In this document: positions 42,422-43,168 of the stretch, piece after piece
How positions within the stretch are numbered: the stretch's first letter is position 1
How the letters are laid out: the number at the start of each line of letters is the position of its first letter
Source: Candidatus Wolframiiraptor sinensis
GTDB lineage: Archaea > Thermoproteota > Nitrososphaeria_A > Caldarchaeales > Wolframiiraptoraceae
Length of the DNA stretch: 43,168 bases
Direction of reading: 5' to 3'
Assembly: GCA_023261815.1 (NCBI GenBank)
Contig: JALNKA010000008.1
Span: forward strand, 1-43,168
The notes under the pieces: model-generated
Databases searched by the model: none
What the model was told of the DNA's origin: nothing
What the model saw: only the letters and a program-made list of their open reading frames with translations
Position numbers and translations under genes: made by a program

Positions 42422-42713
42422 CTTGCTTCACCTCCTCCAGGAGGCCGTGTTTCTTGAGGATGTGCTTTCTCTCATATTTTTTCGCATATTCGATGGAGTC
42501 GTAGATGTGGATGTGGGCTCTCGCTTTCCTGGCCCCGAAGAGCGACTCCATCTTCTCGACTATCACCCGCTCCTTCTCCACGTTGTATTTCTTGGCTACT
42601 TCTTCTCTGACTTCCTCCCGCTTGGGCGTTCCCGACTCATAAATTATGATCGCCTCGACTTCCCTCCGGTTTAGCAAGGGGTTTACTCGATCCTCGATTA
42701 CCTCGATGTTCAT
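42414..42713 (-). CDS. rps24e: 30S ribosomal protein S24e
   Basis: NPLLNRRE, TPKREEV, FG....HIHIYDS..AKKYE.KHIL. Confidence 0.95.
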   Translation of the reverse strand: MNIEVIEDRVNPLLNRREVEAIIIYESGTPKREEVREEVAKKYNVEKERVIVEKMESLFGARKARAHIHIYDSIEYAKKYERKHILKKHGLLEEVKQAG

Positions 42714-43135
42714 GCGGCTTTCGCCTCCTCCTTGATCGGCACGAGGACCGCGTTTATCTGGGCTATCGCCTCGCTTATCACGTTGCCCCTAACTGTCCTC
42801 CTCCTCCTGAGCCCCTTCTTCTTCCTCCTCTGCCTCCGCTTCTTCTTTTTTGATGGCGGCTTCTCATAGCCTCTGAAGCCTATCCCGGCTGCGATGAGTA
42901 TCCTAGCCTTCCTCGCCCCGCTGACATCCGGCCTCATCGGGAAGCCATCCTTATCTGTTCCGCCGGTTATCCTGATCTTATACCCCTTGTAGCCCAGCAC
43001 AGACCCGTCGATCTCGTCTCCGATTTTTCTCCCCATGAAGAGCCTGAATATGTTTGGGTCGAGCGCGATTGTCTTGGCAGTTCCATCCTCTGGGTTTGAA
43101 AGGATGAGCTTCGGCGCGGCGGCTTTCTCCGACAT
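42710..43135 (-). CDS. rps6e: 30S ribosomal protein S6e
   Basis: GRKIGDEIDG, RITGGTDKDGFPMRPDV, RRRRTVRGN.I...IAQIN. Confidence 0.95.
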   Translation of the reverse strand: MSEKAAAPKLILSNPEDGTAKTIALDPNIFRLFMGRKIGDEIDGSVLGYKGYKIRITGGTDKDGFPMRPDVSGARKARILIAAGIGFRGYEKPPSKKKKRRQRRKKKGLRRRRTVRGNVISEAIAQINAVLVPIKEEAKAA

Positions 43136-43168
43136 CCTCCCGAGGGCTTTGAGGGGCGTCTTATTAAC

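Noticed and set aside
42212-42674. Plus-strand ORFs 42212-42409, 42274-42504 and 42324-42674
   Set aside because: Antisense shadows of rps27ae and rps24e.
1-43168. CRISPR arrays, transposases/integrases, rRNA genes and the many short antisense ORFs in the track
   Set aside because: No regularly spaced repeats, recombinase motifs or rRNA sequence seen; the short ORFs overlap well-supported genes on the opposite strand or in another frame.

Overview
Archaeal chromosomal window. The eukaryote-like ubiquitin operon, CdvB/CdvC, short XPF, GatDE and G1P dehydrogenase point to an Aigarchaeota/Caldarchaeales-like TACK archaeon (inference). Contents in order: (1) a ubiquitin-E2-E1-small RING operon, two coiled-coil genes and a 4-TM membrane protein with a second C4HC3 RING; (2) housekeeping genes glyS, DUF47, endA, proC, egsA and a mevalonate thiolase/HMG-CoA synthase/DUF35 module, whose thiolase lacks the nucleophilic Cys; (3) convergent Vps4/CdvC and ESCRT-III/CdvB, a stand-alone nurA-herA pair and four paralogous 'beta-hairpin/helix + winged-helix' genes sharing a palindromic operator-like site; (4) gatDE, an aminotransferase, a kinase fusion and PmbA; (5) an approximately 9 kb putative gamma-glutamylation amine-catabolism cluster; (6) intron-containing tRNA-Thr, two back-to-back C/D box sRNA candidates, an XPF/Zn-ribbon/radical SAM/Nre repair cluster, tRNA-iMet and rps6e-rps24e-rps27ae (the last apparently CTG-initiated and missing from the ORF track). 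The best candidates for undescribed biology are the membrane RING E3 tied to the ubiquitin operon and the four-gene winged-helix module beside nurA-herA-cdvB. All family calls come from motif recognition by eye; no database searches were run.
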